In this document: positions 21,982 through 32,325 of the stretch, in pieces
How the letters are laid out: each line of letters begins with the position of its first letter
How positions within the stretch are numbered: the first letter of the stretch is position 1
Source: an uncultured cyanobacterium
GTDB lineage: Bacteria > Cyanobacteriota > Cyanobacteriia > PCC-9006 > JAAUQQ01
Direction: 5' to 3'
NCBI GenBank assembly: GCA_963718615.1
Contig: OY970368.1
Location: forward strand, 4,032,001-4,096,000
Length of the DNA stretch: 64,000 nucleotides
Program-made: the position numbers and the translations under genes
Notes under the pieces: generated by a model
What the model was told of the DNA's origin: nothing
Seen by the model: only the letters and a program-made list of their open reading frames with translations
The model's database searches: none

Positions 21982-23391
21982 ATGGGTAAACAACGGGGGC
22001 TGCTAGCCCTGATTCTGGCGCTACTGATTGGGGCGATTATCGTTCTGGTCAAGGTTCCACCTCGGCTGGGGCTAGACCTGCAAGGCGGTTCTCAGCTCAC
22101 AATTTTAGTGAAGCCCACGAAGGACATTCCCAAGGTTTCCGAGCAAAATTTGCAGGATGTCACCCGCGTCTTGGAAAACCGGGTCAACGGTTTAGGGGTG
22201 GCTGAGGCCATCGTCCAGACCGTTGGACAGGATCAAATCTTGGTGCAACTCCCCGGTGTGAGCGATCCGCTCCAGGCCGAGCGGGTGTTGGGCGGTACGG
22301 CCCAGCTGGAATTCCGGGCGCAGAAGGCGGGTAGCGAAGCCCAGATTACGGCGGAAACGGCGGCTCGGGGGGAGATTTTGGCCCAGCAGGCGATCGCCCG
22401 CGACCAAAAAGATGAAGCCGCCCTCCAAGAAGCCCAAGCCGCCCTCCAGCGCAGCGACGCAGCCATTGCCGCGCTGTTTGAACCGGGGGAACTCAACGGT
22501 CAGTATCTCCAAGGAGCCGTCGCAGAACCCGCAGGCACCGGCAAAGTCTGGGCCGTGAGTTTGCGGTTCACGGCCAAGGGCGGCGATCTGTTTGCGCAGT
22601 TGACTAAAAATATTGCGGGGACCGGTCGAGGTCTGGGAATTTTTCTAGACAACCAGTTGATTAGTGCGCCGGTTGTGGGGGCGCAATATGCCCAAACCGG
22701 GATTACCGGCGGCGGTGCCGTGATTGAGGGGCGGTTTACGTCCCAGGAAGCCAGCGACCTCGCCATTCAGCTCCGGGGCGGTTCGTTACCTTTACCGGTG
22801 GAAGTGGTGGAAAACCGCACGGTGGGTGCAACCCTGGGCCGCGACAGTATTCAAAAAAGTCTCTATGCCGGTTTGGGGGGATTGGCCCTCGTCTTGGTGT
22901 TTATGGTGGTCTACTATCGGTTGCCGGGGGCGATCGCCGATCTCTCCCTCATCGTTTATGCCGTCCTCTGTCTCGCAGCCTTCAATCTTCTCGGCGTAAC
23001 CTTGACCCTCCCAGGGATTGCAGGTTTTATTCTCAGTATTGGCATGGCGGTGGATGCCAACGTCTTAATTTTTGAGCGGACGCGAGAAGAACTGCGGGCG
23101 GGCAAAAGCCTCTATCGGTCAGTGGAGTCTGGCTTCTACCGAGCCTTTAGCAGCATTCTCGATGGCAATGTCACCACCCTCATTGCCTGCGCGGCCCTGT
23201 TTTGGCTAGGAACCGGATTGGTTAAAGGATTTGCGCTAACGTTGGCCATTGGGGTAATCATCAGTATGTTTACAGCCCTGACCTGTAGCCGCACCTTGCT
23301 CATGACCGCGCTAACCATTCCCAGTCTGAAAAAGCCCCAGCTTTTCGCTCCCAAGCTGAACCTACCGCTCAAAACTGCTAAATCCTCCTAG
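21982..23391 (+). CDS. secD: Protein translocase subunit SecD
   Basis: LGLDLQGG, GMAVDANVLIFER. Confidence 0.96.
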   Translation: MGKQRGLLALILALLIGAIIVLVKVPPRLGLDLQGGSQLTILVKPTKDIPKVSEQNLQDVTRVLENRVNGLGVAEAIVQTVGQDQILVQLPGVSDPLQAERVLGGTAQLEFRAQKAGSEAQITAETAARGEILAQQAIARDQKDEAALQEAQAALQRSDAAIAALFEPGELNGQYLQGAVAEPAGTGKVWAVSLRFTAKGGDLFAQLTKNIAGTGRGLGIFLDNQLISAPVVGAQYAQTGITGGGAVIEGRFTSQEASDLAIQLRGGSLPLPVEVVENRTVGATLGRDSIQKSLYAGLGGLALVLVFMVVYYRLPGAIADLSLIVYAVLCLAAFNLLGVTLTLPGIAGFILSIGMAVDANVLIFERTREELRAGKSLYRSVESGFYRAFSSILDGNVTTLIACAALFWLGTGLVKGFALTLAIGVIISMFTALTCSRTLLMTALTIPSLKKPQLFAPKLNLPLKTAKSS

Positions 23392-23439
23392 CTCGTTCAG
23401 TCCGCTTAAGATTAGTCCTCTTCAATCCGTCGTGATGGC

Positions 23440-24396
23440 ATGAAGCTCCTCATTTCTAAGCAGCGCAAACTTTGGTGGTTGATTTCCGGGATTTTAACCC
23501 TGATTTCCATCGCCGCTATGGCTATTTCCTTTGGGAAATTTGGTTATCCGATTCGACCAGGCCTCGACTTTATTGGGGGAACCCGACTTCAGATTGAGCG
23601 CAACTGTGCTGAGGCGGACTGCTCCCAGCCGATTGACCCGGCTCAGGTGCGATCGATCTTAAGTGAACAGAACTTGGGCAATAGCAGCGTTCAGGTGATC
23701 GGCGAGAACAAACAGGGGGTTGTCATTCGAACGGTCAATTTGGATGGGGAAAAACGAACGGAGTTACGCGATCGCCTCGCGGCTAAGATTGGTCCCTTCG
23801 ATGCCAACAGTGCCCAAATTGATACGGTTGGGCCAGTCCTAGGCCGCCAGATCCTCGCTTCTGGTCTAATGGCGCTGATTGTCTCCTTTGCAGGGATCGT
23901 GGCCTATCTCAGCGTCCGGTTCAAGCTGGACTACGCACTCCTGGCGATCGTCGCCCTTTTCCACGATGTTTTTATCACTGTGGGCTTTTTTTCCGTTCTG
24001 GGTCTAGTAATGGGGCTAGAGGTGGATAGTCTATTCATCGTGGCGCTGCTAACAATTACTGGCTTTTCCGTCAATGACACCGTTGTAATTTATGATCGCG
24101 TCCGCGAAACGCTCCAACTCAACCCAGAGAACTCCATCGACCAGGTCATTGATGATGCGGTCAATCAGACCTTAGGCCGTTCGATCAACACCACGCTGAC
24201 CACCCTTCTGTCCCTCGTGGCGATTTTCCTGTTCGGAGGAATCACGTTAAAATATTTTGCCCTAGCGTTGATTATTGGATTTATTTTGGGTGCTTATTCC
24301 AGTATTTTCATCGCCAGCTCGCTTTTGGGCTGGTGGCGGGGACGGCAGGGCAATGCGTCTCTCCTCACCGCTGAAACAGCAGACTCGCTCGACTAG
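23440..24396 (+). CDS. secF: Protein translocase subunit SecF
   Basis: [28 protein letters not shown]. Confidence 0.96.
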   Translation: MKLLISKQRKLWWLISGILTLISIAAMAISFGKFGYPIRPGLDFIGGTRLQIERNCAEADCSQPIDPAQVRSILSEQNLGNSSVQVIGENKQGVVIRTVNLDGEKRTELRDRLAAKIGPFDANSAQIDTVGPVLGRQILASGLMALIVSFAGIVAYLSVRFKLDYALLAIVALFHDVFITVGFFSVLGLVMGLEVDSLFIVALLTITGFSVNDTVVIYDRVRETLQLNPENSIDQVIDDAVNQTLGRSINTTLTTLLSLVAIFLFGGITLKYFALALIIGFILGAYSSIFIASSLLGWWRGRQGNASLLTAETADSLD

Positions 24397-24432
24397 AACT
24401 TTCGATTGAATGCATTCCTCGTTCAGTGAGTC

Positions 24433-24831
24433 ATGACCCAGCGTCTACGCCAAGCCTTTGATTCCGTTGAACCACGGCTGCGACGGGCCGTGGTTCGCCT
24501 TTATTGGTATCGACAACGGCAGCGGTGGCGAACGATCCTGCTGCTCTGGCTGGTGCTCGTCCCCCTTTGTCTGTGGGGCTTGCGGGAAATGTTGGGGCTT
24601 TTGACGGACTACTTTACCTGGTCTGCGATTCGCTACGGCTTGGCTTATCATCCCCTACCGGCGATCGGTCTGCTGAGTACGATGATCTTGACCACCACCC
24701 GCAGTCTCGCCATGGCTTGGAGCCGATTGATTGGTCCGTCTCAACGTCAGGTGCGGCAGATGGAGGCGATCGCCCAGCAAATTCAGAACCAAGGTAAAAC
24801 CCACCCCCTTCTGGCAGCAGCTCTGGGGTAG
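24433..24831 (+). CDS. Hypothetical membrane protein
   Basis: Follows secF. Two hydrophobic segments and a YFTWSAIRYGL motif recalled from cyanobacterial hypothetical proteins. Confidence 0.7.
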   Translation: MTQRLRQAFDSVEPRLRRAVVRLYWYRQRQRWRTILLLWLVLVPLCLWGLREMLGLLTDYFTWSAIRYGLAYHPLPAIGLLSTMILTTTRSLAMAWSRLIGPSQRQVRQMEAIAQQIQNQGKTHPLLAAALG

Positions 24832-24839
24832 CGATGTTT

Positions 24840-25469
24840 CTAGCTCGATCTGAGGGATGGTAAGCGAGATTGGAGGAGCGATCGCGTATTCACCTGGGCC
24901 ACTGATTCCAGTAAGTCAGACCCAATCTCCTCTGCTGAGCCCGCCTCCTCTTCGGCGGCGGACATGGTGTCATCATTCAACCGACTGCGGTAGGAGCGCC
25001 AAGCCATTTGCACCGCCAAGGGCATCACCCCCACCAAATTCCCCACCAGTTCATGGGAAATGGCCGCCGCTTCAGACTCTGGCAACCATTCGCACAGCCG
25101 CTCGACAATCTGGCAACTGCGGCGCAGGGGCACGGGCGATCGCGCAATTTCTTCTAGGGTACGCAAATATTCCACCCGTTTTCCCAAGGCCCGCTGGCGG
25201 TCTTCAGCGTTGCGCAGCGGGCAAAAGCGGATCGTGCCCACCGGAATCACTTTGTTGCCCCGGAGATCAAAGCTGTTGACCAGAGCCGCACCGGGGCCGA
25301 TGAAATCTGCGTAGTGGGCCTTTTGAATAATGATGCCACCTCGGGCTTCTGGGGCGATCGCCAGCACCGGTCGACTGCTGCACTGGGAGTAGCGAATGGC
25401 GGCCTGGAAAATTTGACGAACCTGCTGGGGAGAGGAGCCCCCTGCAGTCTCCGATGGTGCTGCCTGCAT
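24840..25469 (-). CDS. Conserved cyanobacterial hypothetical protein, possibly a degenerate Crp/Fnr-like fold
   Basis: ATG at 25469, ADFIGPGA motif, and C-terminal ISHELVGNLVGV resembling a Crp HTH. The fold is inferred. Confidence 0.55.
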   Translation of the reverse strand: MQAAPSETAGGSSPQQVRQIFQAAIRYSQCSSRPVLAIAPEARGGIIIQKAHYADFIGPGAALVNSFDLRGNKVIPVGTIRFCPLRNAEDRQRALGKRVEYLRTLEEIARSPVPLRRSCQIVERLCEWLPESEAAAISHELVGNLVGVMPLAVQMAWRSYRSRLNDDTMSAAEEEAGSAEEIGSDLLESVAQVNTRSLLQSRLPSLRSS

Positions 25470-25576
25470 AGTAGTAGAACGCAAATCCCTGTAAAAGACA
25501 CCCGCTGGATGGTTCAGCCAGGTTAGCTTCAGCCAGGCTTAGAGTACCCGGAGTCTCAGAAGAACTTCGCAAAAAA

Positions 25577-26896
25577 TTATTCAGAGGCCGGGGGATTGGC
25601 CAAAATATCCGATGGGGAAAGCTTATCAGCAGGGGCGATCGCCACGCTGTGACCCAAATCATCGTTGAGCAAATCATCGTTGAGCAAATCATCCTTGAGC
25701 AGGACGGTTTCAACTTCGAGAGGGGCTGGATTGTGGGATGACGCAGTGGCTTCGAGGGATTGGGCGGCGGCGGGTTGCAGGGCAAGGTGATAGCGACGGG
25801 CAGGGGTATCGCAGCGATCGAGCACATCTTTGATCAGCCATTCCTGAATCCAGGTTTTAGCCACGACGGTTAGGGGCAGCGCCAACAGGAGGCCCAACGC
25901 CCCAAAAACACTAGCAAAAAACAATTGGGCAATCAGCGTCAGCGCTGGCAGCAGCGAGACTTGGCGGGCCATAATCGTCGGCGTCAGCCAGTAGCTTTCA
26001 ACGTTTTGAATGACCACATACAGAATCACCACGGCTCCCACTTTCCAAGGGGGTCCCAAAATCGCCACTGAAATTGGGAAAATCACGCTCAGGGCCGGAC
26101 CAATGTTGGGGATAAAGTTGAGCACCCCGGCCAAGAGGGCATGGGCGAGGGCCAGGTCAATGCCCAGCATCGACAGACCAATGCCGCTGAGGAAGGCGAT
26201 CGCCGTCGAGCTAATCAACACCCCCGAGAACCAACTGGTTAAGGCTGCTTCGCATTCGCTAAAAATCTCATCCGCCCGCCGCCGATAGAACGAAGGAAAC
26301 AGCACCAAAAAGGCATGGCGATAGGCTTGGGGGTTGGCCAACAGCATCAGCGTCAGCACCAGCAGGAACAGCATCTGGAGGGCGACGCCCAGGGCATTGT
26401 TGAAAAAGGCAAAGAAATTTTTGGCAATCAGCCCTGCTTGGTCCGGTAGCCAGGTAAAGTCCCAAGTTAGACTGGGCGTGCTGGTTGGACCCACCATTTC
26501 GTTTTTCGCCCAGGCCCGAATCAATCCGAGAAAATCCTGGATGCCCTCGGTCCCCGGCGGCACGAACCGAATCAGATAATCAATCACATCCGGGATGACG
26601 CGGCGAATTTGCTGCAGCCCCACGGGCACCCGCTGAATTAGCTCCTGGACCTGCTGGACAAAGGGCGGCACCACCAGCGCCACAAATAAAACCACAAAAA
26701 TCAGGACACAGCCTAGCGTCAGTAAGAGGGCCGATCCCCGCTGGAAGCCAAATCGCTGAAACCGTCGCACCAAACCATTGGCCGCTGTCGCCAACACCAC
26801 CGCTGTAAACAACAGGAGCAGCAGTTGGCGAATTTGCCACAGAATATAGAAGGCTGCCCCGATCGCAAAAAGCCCAAGCCATTGACCTAATGTCAC
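25577..26896 (-). CDS. AI-2E family transporter
   Basis: Multiple TM helices, LNFIPNIGP, QNVESYWLTP. GTG start with a strong AGGAGG RBS. Confidence 0.9.
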   Translation of the reverse strand: MTLGQWLGLFAIGAAFYILWQIRQLLLLLFTAVVLATAANGLVRRFQRFGFQRGSALLLTLGCVLIFVVLFVALVVPPFVQQVQELIQRVPVGLQQIRRVIPDVIDYLIRFVPPGTEGIQDFLGLIRAWAKNEMVGPTSTPSLTWDFTWLPDQAGLIAKNFFAFFNNALGVALQMLFLLVLTLMLLANPQAYRHAFLVLFPSFYRRRADEIFSECEAALTSWFSGVLISSTAIAFLSGIGLSMLGIDLALAHALLAGVLNFIPNIGPALSVIFPISVAILGPPWKVGAVVILYVVIQNVESYWLTPTIMARQVSLLPALTLIAQLFFASVFGALGLLLALPLTVVAKTWIQEWLIKDVLDRCDTPARRYHLALQPAAAQSLEATASSHNPAPLEVETVLLKDDLLNDDLLNDDLGHSVAIAPADKLSPSDILANPPASE

Positions 26897-29424
26897 CGTC
26901 TTTCCCTCCTAGTAACGACTGGCCGATTCAACCCCAGTTTTCACTCCCCCCCTGGTTAACGGAGGTTGTACAACTATATACCCCAGATTCTGACGGACCC
27001 CCTAAAGGACCATCGGCAGGAAAATCAGCAGGAACATTTGCGGCTCAGCTGCTTTGGCAACGGGGATTGCGCGATCGCAAGACTGTTCTGGCCTTTTTAG
27101 ATTCTTCCCAATATTCACCCACCAGCGCTTTTGCACCGGGAACCGAGTTTGGCCAGGAGATGGCTTGGGCGGTTCGGCGGATAGACAGGGCAATCGCCCA
27201 ACGGGAAAAAATCGCTATCTGGGGAGACTTCGATGCGGACGGCATCACAGCCACAGCGGTTCTCTGGGAAGGTCTGAGCCATTGGGTCGAGCGCACCACC
27301 CATTTGCGATTTTATATTCCCAATCGCCTCACCGAATCCCACGGCTTGTCTGAGCCAGGATTGCAGCAGTTGGCAGCCTGGGGCGCAACGCTGCTGATCA
27401 CCTGCGACACAGGCAGTACCGAGACTGAGCGCCTTGCCTTGGCTCAGCAGCTTGGCCTGGATGTGATTGTCACCGATCATCACACCCTTGCGCCGGAACG
27501 CCCGCCGGTGGTGGCCCTAGTGAATCCGCGATCCCTCAGCGCCGACCATCCCTTGGCCGATCTCTCCGGCGTCGCTGTGGCTTACAAGCTGATCGAAGCG
27601 CTCCAGGAAACCCAGCCTCTGGCTCCGAATCCCTGCGACTCTCTTCTAGATCTGGTCGCCATTGGTCTGATTGCCGATCTGGTGGCCCTGAAAAACGACA
27701 GCCGCTATTTGGCCCAGGAAGGTTTGAAACGGTTGCAGAGATTGACGCGATCGCCCCAGGAGCGTCCCGGTGTGGCAGCGCTGCTCCAGCGCTGTCAGCG
27801 CAGTGGCGATCGCCCCACAGATATTTCCTTTGGCATCGGTCCCCGGATTAACGCTGTCAGCCGGATCCAGGGGGATGCGAGACTTTGCGTTGAACTGTTG
27901 ACCAGTCGGGATTCCGTTCGCTGCCAGGGGCTAGCCGATCAGGTGGAGTTGTTGAATAGTCGCCGAAAAGCTTTACAGCGCAGTTTGGAATTGGAGGTGC
28001 GATCGCGGCTCACCGGGTTAGATCTCTCGACCACCGCTGCTATCGTCCTCGCCGAAGTGGGCTGGCCCCTGGGGGTTTTAGGTCTCGTCGCCGGACAAAT
28101 TGCCCAGGAATTCGGCAAACCCACGGTGCTACTCAGCATTGATGAAACCCCAGATCCCTTGACGCGGGGCTCAGCTCGCTCAACCCAGCAAATCGATTTT
28201 TACCCCATTCTTCAGTCCCAGGAGGATTTACTCACAAGCTTCGGCGGTCATCCCTATGCCGCTGGCCTTAGCTTACCCGTTGAGAACCTGACGTTCTTTG
28301 CGGAGGGCTTGAATCAAGAGATGCGCCGACAACTTGCAACCATGCCTGCGATGTCAAAGCACCAAGCCGATCTGGTCCTGACCGTTGCCGACTTGGGCCA
28401 ACCGCTGTTCCGCGCCCTCAAGCTGTTAGAACCCTGTGGTATCGGCAATCCGGTCCCCAAATTACTGATCCGCAACTGTCGTTGTGAAAATGCCCGTCAT
28501 TTCAATATTAAAGACAGCAAAGGTGGAAAAGTTCGCTATATTAAAACCCAATTTCAACTCCGAGATCTTTCCACGACTCAACCCTTTCCGAGTCACTGGT
28601 GGGGTCACTATCGCGATGAACTACCGCTAGGCCTTTGCGATGTCTTGGGTGAATTGGATTACGACAGCTATGCCAAACAATACGAATTCCGCCTGATTGC
28701 CGTGCGATCGGTGGCCGAGCCATTCCATGAAGAATCGAGCAATGAAGAATCGATAGAAAATCAACCGCAGAGGCAGGCGCAAGGGCAGGCGCAAGGGCAG
28801 GATGAACGGCGGTTCGTCCCTACGGGGATGGCTGGAAAAATCCATGAGTTGCTTGACTGGCGCACTCACCCCCCGTCCTCTTCCCTCCAGCCTCCGTCCT
28901 CCGTCCTCCTGATGACCCAACCGCCCCAGTCCTGGTCCGACTTTCGCCCTTGGCTCAAGCAAGCGCAAGCGCAGCAGCGTCCCTTGGCGCTGGCCTATGG
29001 TCAAGCCTTGCCATTGCCTCCCCAGGAAACTTGGAAAATGCTGTTGGGACTCGTGAAATATTTGGTGCGGACCCAGGAGGCGATCGCCCTCAAACGACTG
29101 CAAAATCGTTTAAAGCTTGATGCGGCAACACTGGACTTGGCCTGGGGGGCGATCGCAGATTTAGGATTAGAAATCTATCATCCAGACTCCCAACATGTAC
29201 AAATCAAACCTGTACAAATCAAACCTGTACAAATCAAACCATTGGAAACAGTCGAATTTTTCATGGGTAATCGTCCTAAGATGCTGCTGAGTTCCTCTAA
29301 TGCGATGGATCGGTTTCTTACTGCGTTACAGGAATCCTATTTTCGTCAGCAATACTTTATTGAAGTTCCCCTAGAAACGATTCGACAGATGCTGTCTATG
29401 GATTCTGCCGATTTAGGATTCTAA
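26890..29424 (+). CDS. recJ: Single-stranded-DNA exonuclease RecJ (cyanobacterial long form)
   Basis: GDFDADG, TCDTG, TDHH, PRINA, GGHPYAAG. The exact start is uncertain. Confidence 0.93.
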   Translation: MSPSFPPSNDWPIQPQFSLPPWLTEVVQLYTPDSDGPPKGPSAGKSAGTFAAQLLWQRGLRDRKTVLAFLDSSQYSPTSAFAPGTEFGQEMAWAVRRIDRAIAQREKIAIWGDFDADGITATAVLWEGLSHWVERTTHLRFYIPNRLTESHGLSEPGLQQLAAWGATLLITCDTGSTETERLALAQQLGLDVIVTDHHTLAPERPPVVALVNPRSLSADHPLADLSGVAVAYKLIEALQETQPLAPNPCDSLLDLVAIGLIADLVALKNDSRYLAQEGLKRLQRLTRSPQERPGVAALLQRCQRSGDRPTDISFGIGPRINAVSRIQGDARLCVELLTSRDSVRCQGLADQVELLNSRRKALQRSLELEVRSRLTGLDLSTTAAIVLAEVGWPLGVLGLVAGQIAQEFGKPTVLLSIDETPDPLTRGSARSTQQIDFYPILQSQEDLLTSFGGHPYAAGLSLPVENLTFFAEGLNQEMRRQLATMPAMSKHQADLVLTVADLGQPLFRALKLLEPCGIGNPVPKLLIRNCRCENARHFNIKDSKGGKVRYIKTQFQLRDLSTTQPFPSHWWGHYRDELPLGLCDVLGELDYDSYAKQYEFRLIAVRSVAEPFHEESSNEESIENQPQRQAQGQAQGQDERRFVPTGMAGKIHELLDWRTHPPSSSLQPPSSVLLMTQPPQSWSDFRPWLKQAQAQQRPLALAYGQALPLPPQETWKMLLGLVKYLVRTQEAIALKRLQNRLKLDAATLDLAWGAIADLGLEIYHPDSQHVQIKPVQIKPVQIKPLETVEFFMGNRPKMLLSSSNAMDRFLTALQESYFRQQYFIEVPLETIRQMLSMDSADLGF

Positions 29425-31011
29425 TAGTTTAATCTTCAAAACCTGGCAGAGACGCTTACAATCCTGAGAACTAGGCATAAACCGACCTTTTTCTACATCT
29501 CGAATCCAGCTTTGGCTCTTATTAAGTTGTTCGGCTAGCGCGCGCTGGGAGAGAGATTGGCGTTGACGGGCTGCTTTGATTTCATGAGCCGAAAGCAGCG
29601 TTGAGAAAGAGGAGGCAGGGGTCGTACGGCGACGCTTGGGTGGACGACGAACCGCAGATTGCCAGTCATCACACAGATCAAAACCCTGTAAACGGGCATT
29701 GAGCAAACGTTGCCACTTGTTGCGCGGTGCATTTCCCGTCAGGCTTAGTAATTGATTGGCATCCTCTGTCCAAAAATCAAGGGCGGCCTCCGCATCCTCA
29801 GGGATATCTGCAACCCTTGCCCAAAGGGGCTGGATTTCAAGGGGATAGGTTTGCGGATCAAACAAAGGTTTAATGCCGTAATAATATAGCACTTCCAAAT
29901 CATTTTCAAAGGTCTTAAGGAGACGCTTACAAGAGCCTCGCACCGTTGTTGCTTCTTCCAGCTTGGCTTTGCCATAGGCAACAGATAACAGCGTCCGGAT
30001 CGTAACTCGTTGATCGCCGCCCAAACGCAGTTTAAACAAAAGCCACAGCAGCAGTCGAACCGAGCCTTCATGCTGTTGCCAATGACTAAAGATTTCCACC
30101 AGTAAAGATTGGGGAAGTGTGCTGTATTGATAAAAAGCATTTTGGTGATGGGCATCCTGCTGATTCAGAAACTTCTGCGCCCAGATCCCAGCCTGGATGA
30201 CAAAACTCAAACCAATCAAATGACGACAACCTTCAGCATCTTCCTCAAAGTAATACTGAGTATCGAATAGCTGCCAAATAGCATGTTCTGAGAAATGAAA
30301 GGGCTTCACTTTTCCTTGGCGTGGCCAGTCAACAGTCACTAAACAGCGACAGGTCTGATAAACCAAATCTTTAATTAAGGTTAGTTTATTCAATTTAGTT
30401 AAATCTTTGCGTTTATCCAGCCCTAAATATTGTTCGAAATGTTGGCTAGTTAACTGAAAAGGTTCTTCCCAGGGGCGATCGCGACCCACTGCATAGGCCG
30501 CAAAAATCAGATGTACACAGGCAGCACGCAATTCAAACTGGGCGATCGCGTCCCGTCCTGCCGCTGCCGTCATCGGCTCCGAGGTAAACGGATTCTCTGC
30601 TAAACGGAACTGCAATGACCCTCGCCCTCGATGGACTGAGCGATGGTAGCAAAAGCGCCCCTCAAGATCCGATTGCCAGGACAGCGTTTGGCGCTGTGCC
30701 AAAATATTACAGGTCTCCCAGATTACCAATGAAGAGGCAAAGGGGTTTGTTTTTCCATTTAGAAAGATATCGGGAATGGCAGCCGGAAGTAGGGTACTCT
30801 TACAGCGACCTTTTCTAGATGGCAGTGGAACCAGCTTCCCGACATCGCAAATAGTTGCACACAGAGGTTCTGTGAAGTCAGCACAATCATCACAGAGCGT
30901 TGGGTCAATCCAGTAACTTTTACCGTCATCGACTAGCTGAATTGCCTCCTTAGGACATGCCGGACGACAGCTATCACAAGCGATACAACCATCTTTAATC
31001 GTGAATGTCAT
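29413..31011 (-). CDS. cnfR: Nitrogen-fixation master activator CnfR (PatB)
   Basis: N-terminal 2[4Fe-4S] motifs (CIACDSCRPAC; CDDC...C) and a C-terminal XRE HTH (SQRALAEQLNKSQSWIRDVEKGR). Adjacent to the nif genes. Confidence 0.92.
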   Translation of the reverse strand: MTFTIKDGCIACDSCRPACPKEAIQLVDDGKSYWIDPTLCDDCADFTEPLCATICDVGKLVPLPSRKGRCKSTLLPAAIPDIFLNGKTNPFASSLVIWETCNILAQRQTLSWQSDLEGRFCYHRSVHRGRGSLQFRLAENPFTSEPMTAAAGRDAIAQFELRAACVHLIFAAYAVGRDRPWEEPFQLTSQHFEQYLGLDKRKDLTKLNKLTLIKDLVYQTCRCLVTVDWPRQGKVKPFHFSEHAIWQLFDTQYYFEEDAEGCRHLIGLSFVIQAGIWAQKFLNQQDAHHQNAFYQYSTLPQSLLVEIFSHWQQHEGSVRLLLWLLFKLRLGGDQRVTIRTLLSVAYGKAKLEEATTVRGSCKRLLKTFENDLEVLYYYGIKPLFDPQTYPLEIQPLWARVADIPEDAEAALDFWTEDANQLLSLTGNAPRNKWQRLLNARLQGFDLCDDWQSAVRRPPKRRRTTPASSFSTLLSAHEIKAARQRQSLSQRALAEQLNKSQSWIRDVEKGRFMPSSQDCKRLCQVLKIKLLES

Positions 31012-31123
31012 GACAAAAGGCGTTTCATCAAAAAATTAACAAGCCCTAGAGCATGTCATGGCATTCATTATTAATTTATTTCCAATTCAAGAGCGTTCAA
31101 GTTGGACTTTTTATCTTGCTTTT

Positions 31124-31139
31124 TGTCTTAATAGCTACA
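31124..31139 (-). promoter_or_regulatory. Possible NtcA site upstream of cnfR (TGTA-N8-GACA)
   Basis: One mismatch to GTA-N8-TAC, in AT-rich DNA about 115 bp before cnfR. No -10 box at the canonical spacing. Confidence 0.3.
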
Positions 31140-31514
31140 TTTTTATAAAAAAATAACAATATTTTTAAATTGTTTCAAAATTTATTTAAAAACAACGAAT
31201 TGTCACTTTTGTTGATCTTTTGCTATGATACGAACTCGGATCTATCCGCAGCCATCAGAGTTACTTCTTTGAAGTCCTACGCATTTAACTAGAACTCCCA
31301 GTCGTAAGCATAAACAATCCAGTTTTTGCCTTGATCCCTTAGGTATTCACTGTAGTCTGCAAGATGATCAAAGCCTACCCAACCAAGAAAAATCTCGGAG
31401 GCTAGCCAAAGAAATAGCTCAAAGGTAAACCGACGGAATCTGATTTTCATCACATATTAGCCTCACAATCAATTGATCGGAGATAGCTAGAGAGATTCGT
31501 TCTAAGAAACACGC

Positions 31515-31829
31515 TCAATCTAGTAGGTAAGCCCGATAGAGTGGCAGGGAAAAAAGCTGATAGGCACTGAGATGGACAACTCCAGCCTGTAAGTTGACTT
31601 GGCTCCGGCCAATACAATGGATGCGATCGCCCGGTTTCAACTGCTGCCGCAACGGTACCTGAAACAGTTGAGAGATACGCTTGGGCAGATCAATCGCAAT
31701 TTCTTCCTCTTCAATTTCTAAAACAATGGACTCAGGCTGGTCCAGATTTTGCCCTAAAAAACCTAGAAAGGTTCCTTCTAAATTAAACAGTCCAGCAGGG
31801 GGAGAAGCAAGGAGGAAAGAGGATATCAT
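31515..31829 (-). CDS. Hypothetical nif-associated protein
   Basis: FNLEGTFLGF...LKPGDRIHCIG resembles the N-terminal part of cyanobacterial 2Fe-2S-ferredoxin-domain proteins, but the Cys domain is absent. Confidence 0.55.
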   Translation of the reverse strand: MISSFLLASPPAGLFNLEGTFLGFLGQNLDQPESIVLEIEEEEIAIDLPKRISQLFQVPLRQQLKPGDRIHCIGRSQVNLQAGVVHLSAYQLFSLPLYRAYLLD

Positions 31830-31991
31830 GGTTAGGAAATAAAGGTAAAAAGTGGAGAGTTGAGCTTAGTTAAGAGTCGAGCATCGCAAGCAGAACGTAG
31901 TAGTCAAATGGCAGTTAAACGCAGCAGTTAAATGCAGCATCTAAACATAGACTCTTGGGCTGAAAGCTGATGATTATAGGGCTGTTACAGT

Positions 31992-32195
31992 TTAGTTCAA
32001 GCGTCTTGCTCGAACCGTTTGAGGCGTTTCTAGCGGTATGCTCAGCTCATCTACCGATAATTGCCAGCCATTTGATAGTGTAAAGACATGGGTATTTCCA
32101 CTGTGGACTTGAGTCACCACTTCTTCTTCTAGATCTTTTTTGGGAACATAGATCATCAACTGGCCACTGCGATTGGTATGGAGAGTAATTTTCAT
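31992..32195 (-). CDS. nifT: NifT/FixU
   Basis: ATG at 32195, YVPKKDLEE and TLSNGW motifs. Confidence 0.92.
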   Translation of the reverse strand: MKITLHTNRSGQLMIYVPKKDLEEEVVTQVHSGNTHVFTLSNGWQLSVDELSIPLETPQTVRARRLN

Positions 32196-32325
32196 GGTAA
32201 TCAGATCACGAAGTGATAAAGATAAGAAGCGATGAGAAGCAAACAATCTTTGATCGATGGAATCAATTAAGTCAATTGAGTTAATACCGGGTAGCTTAAT
32301 CATGCTAAGCCCCAGAATTTAGTAT

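Noticed and set aside
32196-32303. N-terminal extension of nifT in the ORF track
   Set aside because: NifT homology begins at the ATG at 32195; the extension is probably intergenic.
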